This document shows, piece by piece, positions 47,297-56,587 of a DNA stretch of 64,000 nt (positions are counted from its first letter, which is position 1; each line of letters starts with the position of its first letter). The stretch spans positions 16,087 to 80,086 of the forward strand of contig JBJKZT010000013.1 of assembly GCA_045569055.1 (NCBI GenBank). The letters run 5' to 3'. The notes under the pieces were generated by a model. The model worked only from the letters and a program-made list of their open reading frames with translations, made no database searches and was not told the DNA's origin. Source of the DNA: Fidelibacterota bacterium (GTDB taxonomy: Bacteria > Fidelibacterota > Marinisomatia > Marinisomatales > TCS55). Both the position numbers and the translations under genes were made by a program.

Positions 47297-47764
47297 TCAA
47301 ACGGGTTTTGGAAAGAATTCAAACTGATATTTCTGACGATAAAAAATTAAAAAACCTAAAATTAAATAACCTATATCTCTAACAACAGTCACTAAGCCTA
47401 TCTTATCACCTTCTGTAGCTGAAGCAGCTGCTGATGATACAGAGAAACATCCACATTCTATACTAATACCTCTTGCTAGTGCCTGTGAGATTGCAATTAT
47501 AAACATTATATTCATTAGTATTATCATAATTGCTGCCCCATCTACCATAATTCCTGCAATAATAAAAATTCCGGTTAATAATTCTAGCCATGGTAAGATT
47601 AAAGCCAGTAAATTTTCGAGCCCAAATGGTAAGACATGATAATTTCCTATTGCAGCTGCAAAATCTCCTGGGTTAGAAATTTTATCTAAGCTTGCTAAAA
47701 TAAAGACTCCTCCTAGTATAAGTCTTGCTAATAAGATGACAGGGCCTTGTAATAAATAATTCAT
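47297..47764 (-). CDS. MauE/DoxX-family redox-associated membrane protein
   Basis: 155 aa, 4 TM. Has the MauE-like N-terminus LLARLILGGVFILASLDKISNPGDFAAAIGNY and the Cys pair ISIECGCF. Its start overlaps the rhodanese stop (ATGA). Confidence 0.6.
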   Translation of the reverse strand: MNYLLQGPVILLARLILGGVFILASLDKISNPGDFAAAIGNYHVLPFGLENLLALILPWLELLTGIFIIAGIMVDGAAIMIILMNIMFIIAISQALARGISIECGCFSVSSAAASATEGDKIGLVTVVRDIGYLILGFLIFYRQKYQFEFFPKPV

Positions 47765-48243
47765 TTACCAACCTCACTAGGATAATTAGCTTTAGACCAT
47801 TCTAACCAACCACCCTTAAAAACATATAATTTTGTAAAACCCATATCTTTAAAATCATAAGCTAATTGTTCACTGTCACCACAACCTGGATCCCCACAAT
47901 AAACTACTAAGGGGGTATTTTTACTTTGTTTTTCCTCAATGTTAAAAATAAGTTCAAAAAGAAAAATATTTTTCATCGCACCTTTGATATGACCAGCTTC
48001 ATAATACGCTTCATCTCTAGCATCTACAAATAAGACACCATCATCAAAAAAATCTTTAGCTTGTTCTAACGATATTGCTGCTAAGATTGGTTCATCAGAG
48101 TCAGTCTCAACCTGATCTACAATAGCTAGCTCAACTGCAAACCAAGGTATTGGTTTACTACTAATAATATTTGAAGTAATGCCGATAAATATAGAAATAA
48201 GGACTAATAATATTGCCTGAACAATAGGTAATCTTATGTTCAT
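47761..48243 (-). CDS. Membrane-anchored rhodanese-domain protein
   Basis: One N-terminal TM helix, then a rhodanese fold with FVDARDEAYYEAGHIKGA, active-site loop VVYCGDPGCGDSE, and GGWLEWSKANYP. Confidence 0.8.
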   Translation of the reverse strand: MNIRLPIVQAILLVLISIFIGITSNIISSKPIPWFAVELAIVDQVETDSDEPILAAISLEQAKDFFDDGVLFVDARDEAYYEAGHIKGAMKNIFLFELIFNIEEKQSKNTPLVVYCGDPGCGDSEQLAYDFKDMGFTKLYVFKGGWLEWSKANYPSEVGK

Positions 48244-49379
48244 TAAGGCAAACTAGCGCTTTGTTTATCTAAAGACTCGCAAGTTTTCAATGTTTGATCA
48301 ACTAAAGATAATAATTTCTTTTCACTTGATACATTTCCATTAAGAGCAATCAAACTATAAAATGAAGTATTAGAATACTTATCTATTGAACTTTCTGACT
48401 CTTTTAAGCCATTCCTGAATTTTTGAATCATATTTAATACGTTAGAATTATTTTTATAAACATCTTCTAGTGGCTTATCAGGATTTCTTTTTTGAAGATT
48501 GTTCAATCTCTCATTAAATAAATCAACAGTCATCATTGAACCTGTTATATCATTTATAGGTTTATTTTTGTCAACTAATTTTAGATCAACTCTACCAAGA
48601 TATTTACCCTGAATACCTGTGCCGTAAAGCATTGGGTTGCCATCTGCTTGTTTTCTTTCTGGTCGCGTTCGACTTGTTTCTCTGCTAGAAAAAATATAGT
48701 CTACATTTTTAGTTTGAGAAACCAATTTATCCAATTGTAATTTATTTGCATTAATTAACATTACTAGGACGTCCACTTGAGGACGTAATTCTTCTACTTT
48801 TGAATTTATAACTGTGAGTGCATCTTTAAGCTCAAGCTCTTTTGCAGAAGCTGGAAGACTAGATAAAATACCAAAAACACCAACTTTTATTCCATTTCTT
48901 TCAATAATAGTATGACTTTTAAAAGCTAGATCATCCGTTCCAGCATTAACGATATTTGAAGAAATAAAATTATTATTTGCTGATATTTCTAATTGCTTTA
49001 AAAAATCTAAACCTGCAGCAAAATCATTATGGCCAACATTATATATATAATTACCCATTTTTGCTGTGGATTCGAAGACAGTTTTAGCTCTGAGCTTTGA
49101 AGAGGCTTCTTTTCCATTTGCTAAAATATTCAATTCAAAAAGTGCGTCACCTGCATCTAATAAAACTGGATCAACGCCACCTTCTCTAAGTTGATTTATA
49201 TAAGTTAATCTTCTAGGCAGACCGCCTAGTGGATTAGCTTTTCATCCACAAGGGTCAAGCTGACCCCGAACATTTGTTGTAACCAACATTGTTAACTGCT
49301 CGGAAGTAGGTACTTTTTCAGAGCATGCCATTATTGAAAGTAAAAAAACAAAGAATAATACAGATTTAGTTTTAAACAT
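48243..49379 (-). CDS. UshA/5'-nucleotidase-like lipoprotein with one in-frame UGA (candidate selenocysteine at codon 46)
   Basis: The track ORF (48243..49133) lacks the N-terminus. The same frame upstream reads ATG(49379) MFKTKSVLFFVFLLSIMACSEKVPTSEQLTMLVTTNVRGQLDPCG-TGA(49244..49242)-KANPLGGLPRRLTYINQLREGGVDPVLLDAGDALFELNILANGKE. It has a lipobox and calcineurin-fold remnants (LDAGD, VGHNDF). A SECIS-like hairpin follows the TGA. Confidence 0.6.
49207..49235 (-). promoter_or_regulatory. Putative bacterial SECIS stem-loop
   Basis: The mRNA reads AAUC-CA-CUAGGC-GGUCU-GCCUAG-AA-GAUU and begins 10 nt after the U of the UGA. It has a 4-bp lower stem, a 2x2 internal loop, a 6-bp upper stem and a GGUCU apical loop. 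Confidence 0.6.
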
Positions 49380-49414
49380 TTTTATTTTATTCCTATTTCC
49401 AAAATTTAAACGAG

Positions 49415-49732
49415 CTACCCACCTGATGGTTTTGCAATATGACCATCTTTGCTTAATAGTGAAATTACAATTTCTCTAACATTTCCTTGAAGAAGAATTT
49501 CACTATTTTTAACACTACCACCAATACCACATTTTTTCTTAATTAAAGTTGCATATTCTTCTAATTGATTACGATTACCTTTAAATCCCTTAATAATTGT
49601 GACAACCTTACCTGCTTTACGTCTATCTAAATGAATTCTTAGATCTTGTTTAATAATTGAAGACTGACTATTTGAATCAGTTTTATCTATTTCAAAAGAA
49701 TCATCTGTTGAATAAACAATATTATTTTTCAT
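49415..49732 (-). CDS. yciH: SUI1/YciH-family translation initiation factor-like protein
   Basis: 105 aa. The segment RIHLDRRKAGKVVTIIKGF...KKKCGIGGSVKNSEILLQGNVRE matches the SUI1 fold signature. Confidence 0.8.
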   Translation of the reverse strand: MKNNIVYSTDDSFEIDKTDSNSQSSIIKQDLRIHLDRRKAGKVVTIIKGFKGNRNQLEEYATLIKKKCGIGGSVKNSEILLQGNVREIVISLLSKDGHIAKPSGG

Positions 49733-49775
49733 ATCGTAATCTATCTGTAAGAATAATTAAAAAAATGAAAGTTTT

Positions 49776-50375
49776 TTAGTTAGTTAAAACTCCAAAAGTC
49801 AATGACCAGGCAAATGCCATAATGATAATCAATTCACTGAAGATTGCACCACCAAAAAAAAGTATTGCTCTTCGCATATGTTTGTTTTTGTATGCGTTAA
49901 TATGGCCCAGGGCAAATAATTGAGCAGAGAACATTTTAAATGTATTATCATTATCTTCAGTCATTTCAGCTAAATATGATGCATACTCAACTGGATTTTT
50001 AAATTGAACAATTCCTCCAAAAAAAGTAGCATTTATATCTGGAAGATCTTCATGATTCATGTCATTACGAATTCGAGGAACGATAACCAACATTAAGTTT
50101 ATCAGACCAAAGGTTGCATTTAAAAAATAAATTAAAATCATTACAGCACCTATCATATTTATCTGCTGTCCATCCATCACCTTAGGAAAGTGAACGATAA
50201 AGAAGACCATAAAAGCAGCGAGTAATGACATTAAAGTAAAAGCTTTTTGATCTGTTCTTTGTAGAATCAATTGTTCACTTTGAAGAATTTGGAAAATAGG
50301 CGCAACATTACTACGCACATTACGTGAACTAAATTCTGGTTCTTCTGGTGGAGTGATAGGTTTTTGATCTGACAT
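49776..50375 (-). CDS. DUF5706/Pycsar-effector-like two-to-four-TM membrane protein (tentative)
   Basis: 199 aa. Shows the pattern ...LILQRTDQKAFTLMSLLAAF..(TM)..(TM)..IVPRIR...ATFFGGI...EY....QLFALGHINAYKNKHMR..(TM), as I recall it for that family. Confidence 0.4.
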   Translation of the reverse strand: MSDQKPITPPEEPEFSSRNVRSNVAPIFQILQSEQLILQRTDQKAFTLMSLLAAFMVFFIVHFPKVMDGQQINMIGAVMILIYFLNATFGLINLMLVIVPRIRNDMNHEDLPDINATFFGGIVQFKNPVEYASYLAEMTEDNDNTFKMFSAQLFALGHINAYKNKHMRRAILFFGGAIFSELIIIMAFAWSLTFGVLTN

Positions 50376-50565
50376 TAATTTTATCTTTTACCTTTAAATA
50401 CAATTATGGACTAAGAGATTAACATTAGCTTAAGTGATTTGGCAAGATAGATTTACTATAATTTTATTGATTTTTAATTTTGTCATTTCAATAACAAGCT
50501 CCGTAATATTCTTATTAAATATTTATAATTAGATTAATAATTCATAATCGAAAGGAATAAAAATT

Positions 50566-50886
50566 ATGTCTATACTAGAAAAATGGGGAAAAGCAATCGA
50601 AGCAAGAGATGAAGATACTATGAATGAATGTTTGCATGATGATTACAAGTTTACATTACACTCTGCTGGAAAAGTTTTATCCAAATCAGAAGTTATAGCT
50701 TGGGCAATGAGTGGTGATATTAACAGAGAAAAAGTTAGAATTCTTTTTGAGAATGACGATGTTGGCGTTGAGCACGCTTTTGTTTCTTTTGAAGATGGAA
50801 ATAAACAAGCCGTTTTAGCTTTTTGTACTTTTAAGGAAGGTAAAATATATACCCTAGAGACAGGCGCTTCAAATTTACCAAAATGA
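50566..50886 (+). CDS. NTF2/SnoaL-like small protein (tentative)
   Basis: 106 aa. The N-terminal W..A...RD.D....L.DDY pattern is typical of SnoaL-like folds. Confidence 0.4.
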   Translation: MSILEKWGKAIEARDEDTMNECLHDDYKFTLHSAGKVLSKSEVIAWAMSGDINREKVRILFENDDVGVEHAFVSFEDGNKQAVLAFCTFKEGKIYTLETGASNLPK

Positions 50887-50911
50887 TTAAAATCTTTAAT
50901 TATTTATAAAT

Positions 50912-51442
50912 ATGAAACATCGTTGTGTAATCTTATTGCTAATAGTTGGATGTACGTCAAATATAAAACATCCAGTTACTGAAGATTCTATTTCAATACC
51001 TCGGAATTACGAAGATAAAATCGATTTTGATTTAACATTGTTATATGAATTTGATACTACAATTCAACCAAAGGATAATATTAGTAAGCTAATATCTTCA
51101 TTTGAAACATCAGGATTATTTATAGAAGTTCAATCACTCAATCCTCTTTTAGGTAGCTTTTTTAGCGATTTAGAGGTTGCTGCAAATGGTAGGGCAAAAT
51201 CTTCTGTGAGAGTAATTATAAAAGAATTAAAAAATGAAGAGATAACTTTTACATTAATGCCTTCATATCAAAGAGGTGGATTCACTCAATCATTTATTCA
51301 AAAATTTTCTGATTTAACAAATATTAATATTAGTTCTTTTAGTAATGGAAGACAAAGATGGATTATTAAAGAATCAAAAGATGAACTAATCAATAAATTA
51401 AACAAAATTATGACTCCATTAGGCTTTGTTTACGTGAATTAA
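50912..51442 (+). CDS. Hypothetical lipoprotein
   Basis: 176 aa with lipobox LLIVGCTS. No motif I recognise. Confidence 0.4.
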   Translation: MKHRCVILLLIVGCTSNIKHPVTEDSISIPRNYEDKIDFDLTLLYEFDTTIQPKDNISKLISSFETSGLFIEVQSLNPLLGSFFSDLEVAANGRAKSSVRVIIKELKNEEITFTLMPSYQRGGFTQSFIQKFSDLTNINISSFSNGRQRWIIKESKDELINKLNKIMTPLGFVYVN

Positions 51443-51570
51443 TAATAATCTATCTGATATTGACTTTAATTATCATTAGCCTCTTTTGATTAATATTATA
51501 TTAATGTAATATTTGTCATTAAGCAATTAAGCTTAATTCAACAGAGTAATATAAAATCAAGGAAAAAAAT

Positions 51571-52035
51571 ATGAAGAAACTTTTTATAGTTTGTGTTGGA
51601 TTGTTAATTTTAAATCCAGTCCAACTAATAGCAGGCGACAAAGAAGATCTAATTAAACAGATTCTAGCTAACAATGCTTATTCTAAGAAAAATAGTCAAG
51701 CAGCGGATGAGTATTCATCTAAAGGAGCTCTTGAGTTTTGGTCTAGTGGTGGATTATTGCAAACTGTAGACCCAGGTGGTAGACCTGAAAAATATGATTA
51801 TATGAATATTGATTTTAAACATATTGAAGTAGTGATACTTGTACCAAAGAAGGCTGCCGTTGCTATGTATTATTCAGAAGGTTCAATGAAACCTGAAAAT
51901 GCACCAGCTGTTTCCCATTATCTAACTCGAGTAACACAAGTATATGTTAAAGAAGGTGGTACTTGGAAAATTAGAGCTTCACATTGGTCACCTGTATCAG
52001 GTGGTTCAGGAACTTCACAAACTGCACTAAATTAA
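51571..52035 (+). CDS. Secreted NTF2-like (DUF4440-like) protein
   Basis: 154 aa with a signal peptide. The C-terminal TRVTQVYVKEGGTWKIRASHWSP resembles DUF4440/SnoaL cores. Confidence 0.45.
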   Translation: MKKLFIVCVGLLILNPVQLIAGDKEDLIKQILANNAYSKKNSQAADEYSSKGALEFWSSGGLLQTVDPGGRPEKYDYMNIDFKHIEVVILVPKKAAVAMYYSEGSMKPENAPAVSHYLTRVTQVYVKEGGTWKIRASHWSPVSGGSGTSQTALN

Positions 52036-52053
52036 TTTATATTTTTTTACACT

Positions 52054-52086
52054 AAAAAGCCTCACTTAAAGTGGGGCTTTTTTGTT
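52054..52086. terminator. Bidirectional terminator between convergent genes
   Basis: AAAAAGCCTCAC-ttaaa-GTGGGGCTTTTTT. The stem is 8 bp with one G.U pair and has A and T runs on either side. It overlaps the last codons of 52066..52728. Confidence 0.55.
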
Positions 52087-52728
52087 TATTAAACTTATTA
52101 AGTGCAACCCTAATGCTACAGATGGACCTACCCCAAATGCAAAGATAAGCGTTCCAATACCAACAGATCCTCCAAGAAACCATCCCAATAAAACCACAGT
52201 TACTTCAATAAATATTCTTACCCAAGCAATAGGGTAACCTGAAATTTTTTGTAAACCAGTCATTAAACCATCTCTAGGACCAGGTCCTAAGTTTGCTATT
52301 AAATATATTCCACTTCCTAGTCCGGCAGCAAGTGTACCAACAAATGCAGTAAATAGATTGGTAAAAATAATATTGGATGAAAAATCGAACTGATAAATTG
52401 AAAAATCTAATATTAATGCAATAATTATCATATTCATTACTGTTCCTAGTCCAGGTTTTTGAGCTAATGGTATCCATATAGATAATACTATAATGCTAGA
52501 AACAAAGGTCGCAAAACCAATTGACCAGTTAAATTGGATAGATAAACCTTGTGCAAAAACAACCCATGGAGCATTTCCAATTGAAGCATGTATAAGCAAT
52601 GAAGATCCAAACCCAAAAATAATAAGGCCTAAGCAAAGAAAAATGAAGGTTTTAAGCTTAGGTCTAAAACTTAATGAACTATGAGATGACCAAGAAGTCT
52701 TTGGTATTTTTTTTATTTTTAAAAACAT
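52066..52728 (-). CDS. YczE/YitT-like integral membrane protein
   Basis: 220 aa and polytopic. Carries the GSGIYLIANLGPGPRDGLMTGL motif characteristic of YczE-type proteins. Confidence 0.5.
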   Translation of the reverse strand: MFLKIKKIPKTSWSSHSSLSFRPKLKTFIFLCLGLIIFGFGSSLLIHASIGNAPWVVFAQGLSIQFNWSIGFATFVSSIIVLSIWIPLAQKPGLGTVMNMIIIALILDFSIYQFDFSSNIIFTNLFTAFVGTLAAGLGSGIYLIANLGPGPRDGLMTGLQKISGYPIAWVRIFIEVTVVLLGWFLGGSVGIGTLIFAFGVGPSVALGLHLISLINKKAPL

Positions 52729-52771
52729 GTAAAATCAATAATATGTTTAATTAAATAAACATATTCAATTT

Positions 52772-53206
52772 TCACCATTCTAATTTATTAATTGGTCTTA
52801 ATGGGACAATAACCTTAAAACGAGTTTGGAAATTTTCATTAAGTTCAAAAGTACCGCCAAGGCTTGGAGCTTCAGCTTGACCACCTAAAAATTTTAGTGA
52901 ATTTGCTCTTATGTCTCCTACAATAGAGTCACCATCCAATATTTTCCAATACCCAGAACTAAGTATAGGTGTTGGATTATAAGTCACTTCAAGTTTTAAT
53001 TGAATGCTCTTATAATCTTCAAACTCATAGGTTATATAAGCCTGCGTTAACGCGCCATCTCTTACTCCATATGTTGTATAGTTGGTTATAATACGAGGGA
53101 CAAATAAGCCATCAACTAATTCTTCAAATTTAGGTTTATCATTATTAACACATCCCACACAATGAACTACTGAAATAATTAATAATATTTTTTGGACGTT
53201 ATTCAC
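52772..53206 (-). CDS. Hypothetical lipoprotein
   Basis: 144 aa with lipobox VVHCVGC. No motif I recognise. Confidence 0.4.
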   Translation of the reverse strand: MNNVQKILLIISVVHCVGCVNNDKPKFEELVDGLFVPRIITNYTTYGVRDGALTQAYITYEFEDYKSIQLKLEVTYNPTPILSSGYWKILDGDSIVGDIRANSLKFLGGQAEAPSLGGTFELNENFQTRFKVIVPLRPINKLEW

Positions 53207-53366
53207 TTCTTCTTCAATTCTTCAATTGTACGCTTTAGAGCCTTAATTTGTCTTTTATACTCTCTGATTTCATCTTTGAGATATTCAATGGTACGCTTAT
53301 CAGATGATTCTTCTTTTTGTCTATACATAAAGAGGTTTAAGTTCACTAAGTTTATTGACGTAAAAT

Positions 53367-53439
<73 letters not shown>

Positions 53440-53474
53440 CTTATTTCCTACTATCAATTCCTGCTTTCAATTAT

Positions 53475-55679
53475 TTATCTATTTTTTAAATTAACACTAA
53501 AATAATCAATCATTTTTTTGTATAAATTTTTACGTGCATTTCCTCCACTCATTCCATGTGGTCTATTTGGATAATAGAAAACATCTAATTGTTTATCATG
53601 TTTAATAAATTCTTCAACAAGCCAAGTAGTATTTTGAGAATGAACATTGTCATCTCCGGTTCCATGAATTACTAATAACTTTCCTTTAAATCTATCAACA
53701 TATGATAAAACGGATGTTGAGTCATATCCGTCTTTATTATCTTGAGGTAGTCCCATTGATCTTTCAGTATAAATTGAATCATATAGTCGAAAGTCCATTA
53801 CAGGTGCAACAGATACACCAACATCAAAAAGATGAGCATTTTTAGTAAGCATTAGACCTGTAAAATAGCCTCCTCCAGACCAACCCCATGCTCCTACTCT
53901 TTTAGGGTCAACAATTCCTTTATTAATTAAGTATTCAACACCTGTAGCAGTATCTTTTGCTAAATATTTTGACATATCTCCATAACTTAAGTTTTTAAAA
54001 GCTTCCCCCCTTCCACTCATACCTCTAGCATCCATTGAAAAAACTACATATCCTTGTTGAGCAAGATATTGATTCCATGTACTTCCCCAACGGTTATTTA
54101 CTATTTGTGTACCAGGCATTCCATAACCATAAACAATAACTGGATACTTTTTATTTTTTTTATAATCTGGAGGATAAGTGATTATTCCATCAAGTTTTGT
54201 TGTACCGTCACTTGACATAAAATGAATAATTTCAGGATAACTCCAATCATAGACTTCAAATTGAGATTTATCTGTCTCATTAATAATTTTTATTATATTT
54301 CCATCCATATCTTTTAGGACATGCTTAGATGGACTTGTTAAACTTGAATAAGAGTCAATAAAAGCGCCACCTTGAGGTAAAATTTTAACTGAGTGAGAGC
54401 CAGATTCATTTGTTAATAAATTTAATTCGGAGCCATCAAATTTGACTGAGTAAAACCGTGTTTCAAATACTGATTCTTTATTAGCGGTAAAATATATTTT
54501 TTGATTTGCTTCATCAATTTTTAATATTTGTTTTACTTCCCAATTACCATCAGTTACTTGATTGATTAATTTGCCATCATCTGAATGAATATAAATATGA
54601 TGCCAACCTGAACGTTCTGACTTCCAAACTATTCGACCATCATTTAAAAAATTATAATTTCTATGTAATTCAACCCAACCGTTTGGATCTGATTCAGATA
54701 ATCCAGATTTTGATTTTCCATTTTTTATATCAATGTTTAAAAAATCCCAACGATTTTGAAGACGATTCATTTTCATTACTTTTAGTAGCTTATTATCCAT
54801 CCATTTTATCCAAGGGTAGTATGTATCGTAATTATCTCCAATATCCATCTTTTTACGATTCCCTTTCTTTATATTTGAAACAAAAATAGACATTGTTGGA
54901 TTAGCTTCGCCTGCTTTTGGATAGTGAATTTCTTTAATTTTAGGATAAAGAGAAATTTCATCAAACATTGAAAAAATTGGAACTTTTGACTGATTTTCTT
55001 CCCAGTAAGCAATATGCTTACTATCTGGACTCCATCGGTAACCATCATATGAACCAAACTCTTCTTCATATACCCAACCTAAATGTCCATTAAGTATTGT
55101 TTTAGATCCATTACTAGTTATTCTTTTTTCTTTGAATCTTATTAAATCATAGATATAAATATTATTATCCTCACGAACATAAGACACATATTTACCATCT
55201 GGAGAAAATTTAGCGTTTCTAAGTTTTTCATTATTTTTAGATACTGATTGAATCTTTTTAGTTTTTAAATCCATTACATAATAACTAGCATAGAAAGACC
55301 TTCTCCAAATTTTTTCTTTGTTATTAATAAATAATATCTTTTCACCTTTTTTATCAAACCAAAAAGTTTTAGGTACAAAATTTTCGCTCCATGTGGTTTC
55401 TTCAGTTTTTCGTTTAGAAACAATTATAGCTTTATTCTTTAAACTAAAATCTTTTTCGGTTAAAAAAATTGATGTATCAGAATTCATTATATCAATTTCT
55501 AAAAGTATGTTTTTCTTTCTACTAATATATTTATTCTCATTTGGTACCCATGTTAAAATATTAAGCGAAGTATACTTAAATGGCGATTTCCCTTGAACAT
55601 CCTCAAATGATAAACGTTTAGGATTAGAGTAAAGTGACGTTATGATCAAAAATGGTATTAATATAAATTTTTTCATCAA
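53475..55679 (-). CDS. Dipeptidyl-peptidase IV (S9B prolyl oligopeptidase family)
   Basis: 734 aa with a signal peptide and an N-terminal DPPIV beta-propeller region. The nucleophile motif is GAWGWSGGGY, followed by the GTGDDNVH catalytic Asp/His region. Confidence 0.85.
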   Translation of the reverse strand: MMKKFILIPFLIITSLYSNPKRLSFEDVQGKSPFKYTSLNILTWVPNENKYISRKKNILLEIDIMNSDTSIFLTEKDFSLKNKAIIVSKRKTEETTWSENFVPKTFWFDKKGEKILFINNKEKIWRRSFYASYYVMDLKTKKIQSVSKNNEKLRNAKFSPDGKYVSYVREDNNIYIYDLIRFKEKRITSNGSKTILNGHLGWVYEEEFGSYDGYRWSPDSKHIAYWEENQSKVPIFSMFDEISLYPKIKEIHYPKAGEANPTMSIFVSNIKKGNRKKMDIGDNYDTYYPWIKWMDNKLLKVMKMNRLQNRWDFLNIDIKNGKSKSGLSESDPNGWVELHRNYNFLNDGRIVWKSERSGWHHIYIHSDDGKLINQVTDGNWEVKQILKIDEANQKIYFTANKESVFETRFYSVKFDGSELNLLTNESGSHSVKILPQGGAFIDSYSSLTSPSKHVLKDMDGNIIKIINETDKSQFEVYDWSYPEIIHFMSSDGTTKLDGIITYPPDYKKNKKYPVIVYGYGMPGTQIVNNRWGSTWNQYLAQQGYVVFSMDARGMSGRGEAFKNLSYGDMSKYLAKDTATGVEYLINKGIVDPKRVGAWGWSGGGYFTGLMLTKNAHLFDVGVSVAPVMDFRLYDSIYTERSMGLPQDNKDGYDSTSVLSYVDRFKGKLLVIHGTGDDNVHSQNTTWLVEEFIKHDKQLDVFYYPNRPHGMSGGNARKNLYKKMIDYFSVNLKNR

Positions 55680-56398
55680 TTAATTTTCCTTTTAATTTTT
55701 TTTAAAAGCGACCGCATCATATCAATATTTATTCTTCCTGTATTTACATTACGTGGACTTGGATGATAACTTGCCCATAAGATTTTACCATTTGGTAAAA
55801 GATAGGATTTATCATGACCAAATGGGTAATCTTTCATTTTAAAATCAAAATCTTTCCTAAAATATTTTAAGCAACCATCAAAACCTATTTTTCCCAATGC
55901 TAGGATAATTTGAACATTAGCTAGTAACGACATTTCAGCACTAAAATATTTAGAGCAATTACTTAATTCTAAAGCTTTTGGTTTATCTTGTGGCGGAACA
56001 CATTTTAAGACTGCTGTCATAAATGTTTTATTCAATTCTAATCCATCAATTAATGAATCTGAGTTTGGCTGGTTTGATAAGCCTTCTAAATAAAGGCTCT
56101 TAATAAGAAAATCAGCTGATTTATCACCTGTAAAGACTCGACCTGTTCGATTTCCACCGTGAGCTGCAGGAGCTAAGCCAACTAATAGTAATGATGCTTT
56201 TGGATCACCATATCCTGGTATAGGCTTTCCCCAATATGACCAATCTTTGAATTGCTTTCGTTTCTCATTTGCTATCTTAGTTCTAAAATCCACCAATCTA
56301 GGACATATTTTGCATGATATTATTTCTTTATACAAAGAAGACATTGAGCCAGATTGAATTAGTGGGTGCTGTTTAGCTACTGGATTAAGATTTTGCAA
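55676..56398 (-). CDS. Uracil-DNA glycosylase superfamily protein (family 4/5-like, Fe-S type)
   Basis: Carries CKICPRL and GLAPAAHGGNRTGRVFTGD. The track start is TTG 56398; an internal ATG 18 codons downstream is also possible. Confidence 0.7.
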   Translation of the reverse strand: MQNLNPVAKQHPLIQSGSMSSLYKEIISCKICPRLVDFRTKIANEKRKQFKDWSYWGKPIPGYGDPKASLLLVGLAPAAHGGNRTGRVFTGDKSADFLIKSLYLEGLSNQPNSDSLIDGLELNKTFMTAVLKCVPPQDKPKALELSNCSKYFSAEMSLLANVQIILALGKIGFDGCLKYFRKDFDFKMKDYPFGHDKSYLLPNGKILWASYHPSPRNVNTGRINIDMMRSLLKKIKRKIN

Positions 56399-56587
56399 AG
56401 TTTAAATAAGATTTATTTTTTAAAGTAATTAGTATAATTAAAGATTAACATATAAAGACAATATGAGATAATAAATTTTTAAATATAATCTTTTATCATA
56501 GCCATTGCCTTTGGGACATTCAAAAACATAAATTTGCAACCTCTTTTATAAAGATTAAAACATTATTTATTTGAAGGATAATCATTT

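Noticed and set aside
49242-49244. TGA read as a sense codon because of an alternative genetic code (code 4 Trp or code 25 Gly), or as a simple pseudogene break
   Set aside because: The standard-code ORF track yields dozens of long intact genes with recognisable motifs, so global TGA reassignment is unlikely. A random nonsense mutation would not be expected to sit right after Cys-Gly with a GGUCU-loop hairpin at the fdhF offset. A sequencing error cannot be excluded from the sequence alone.
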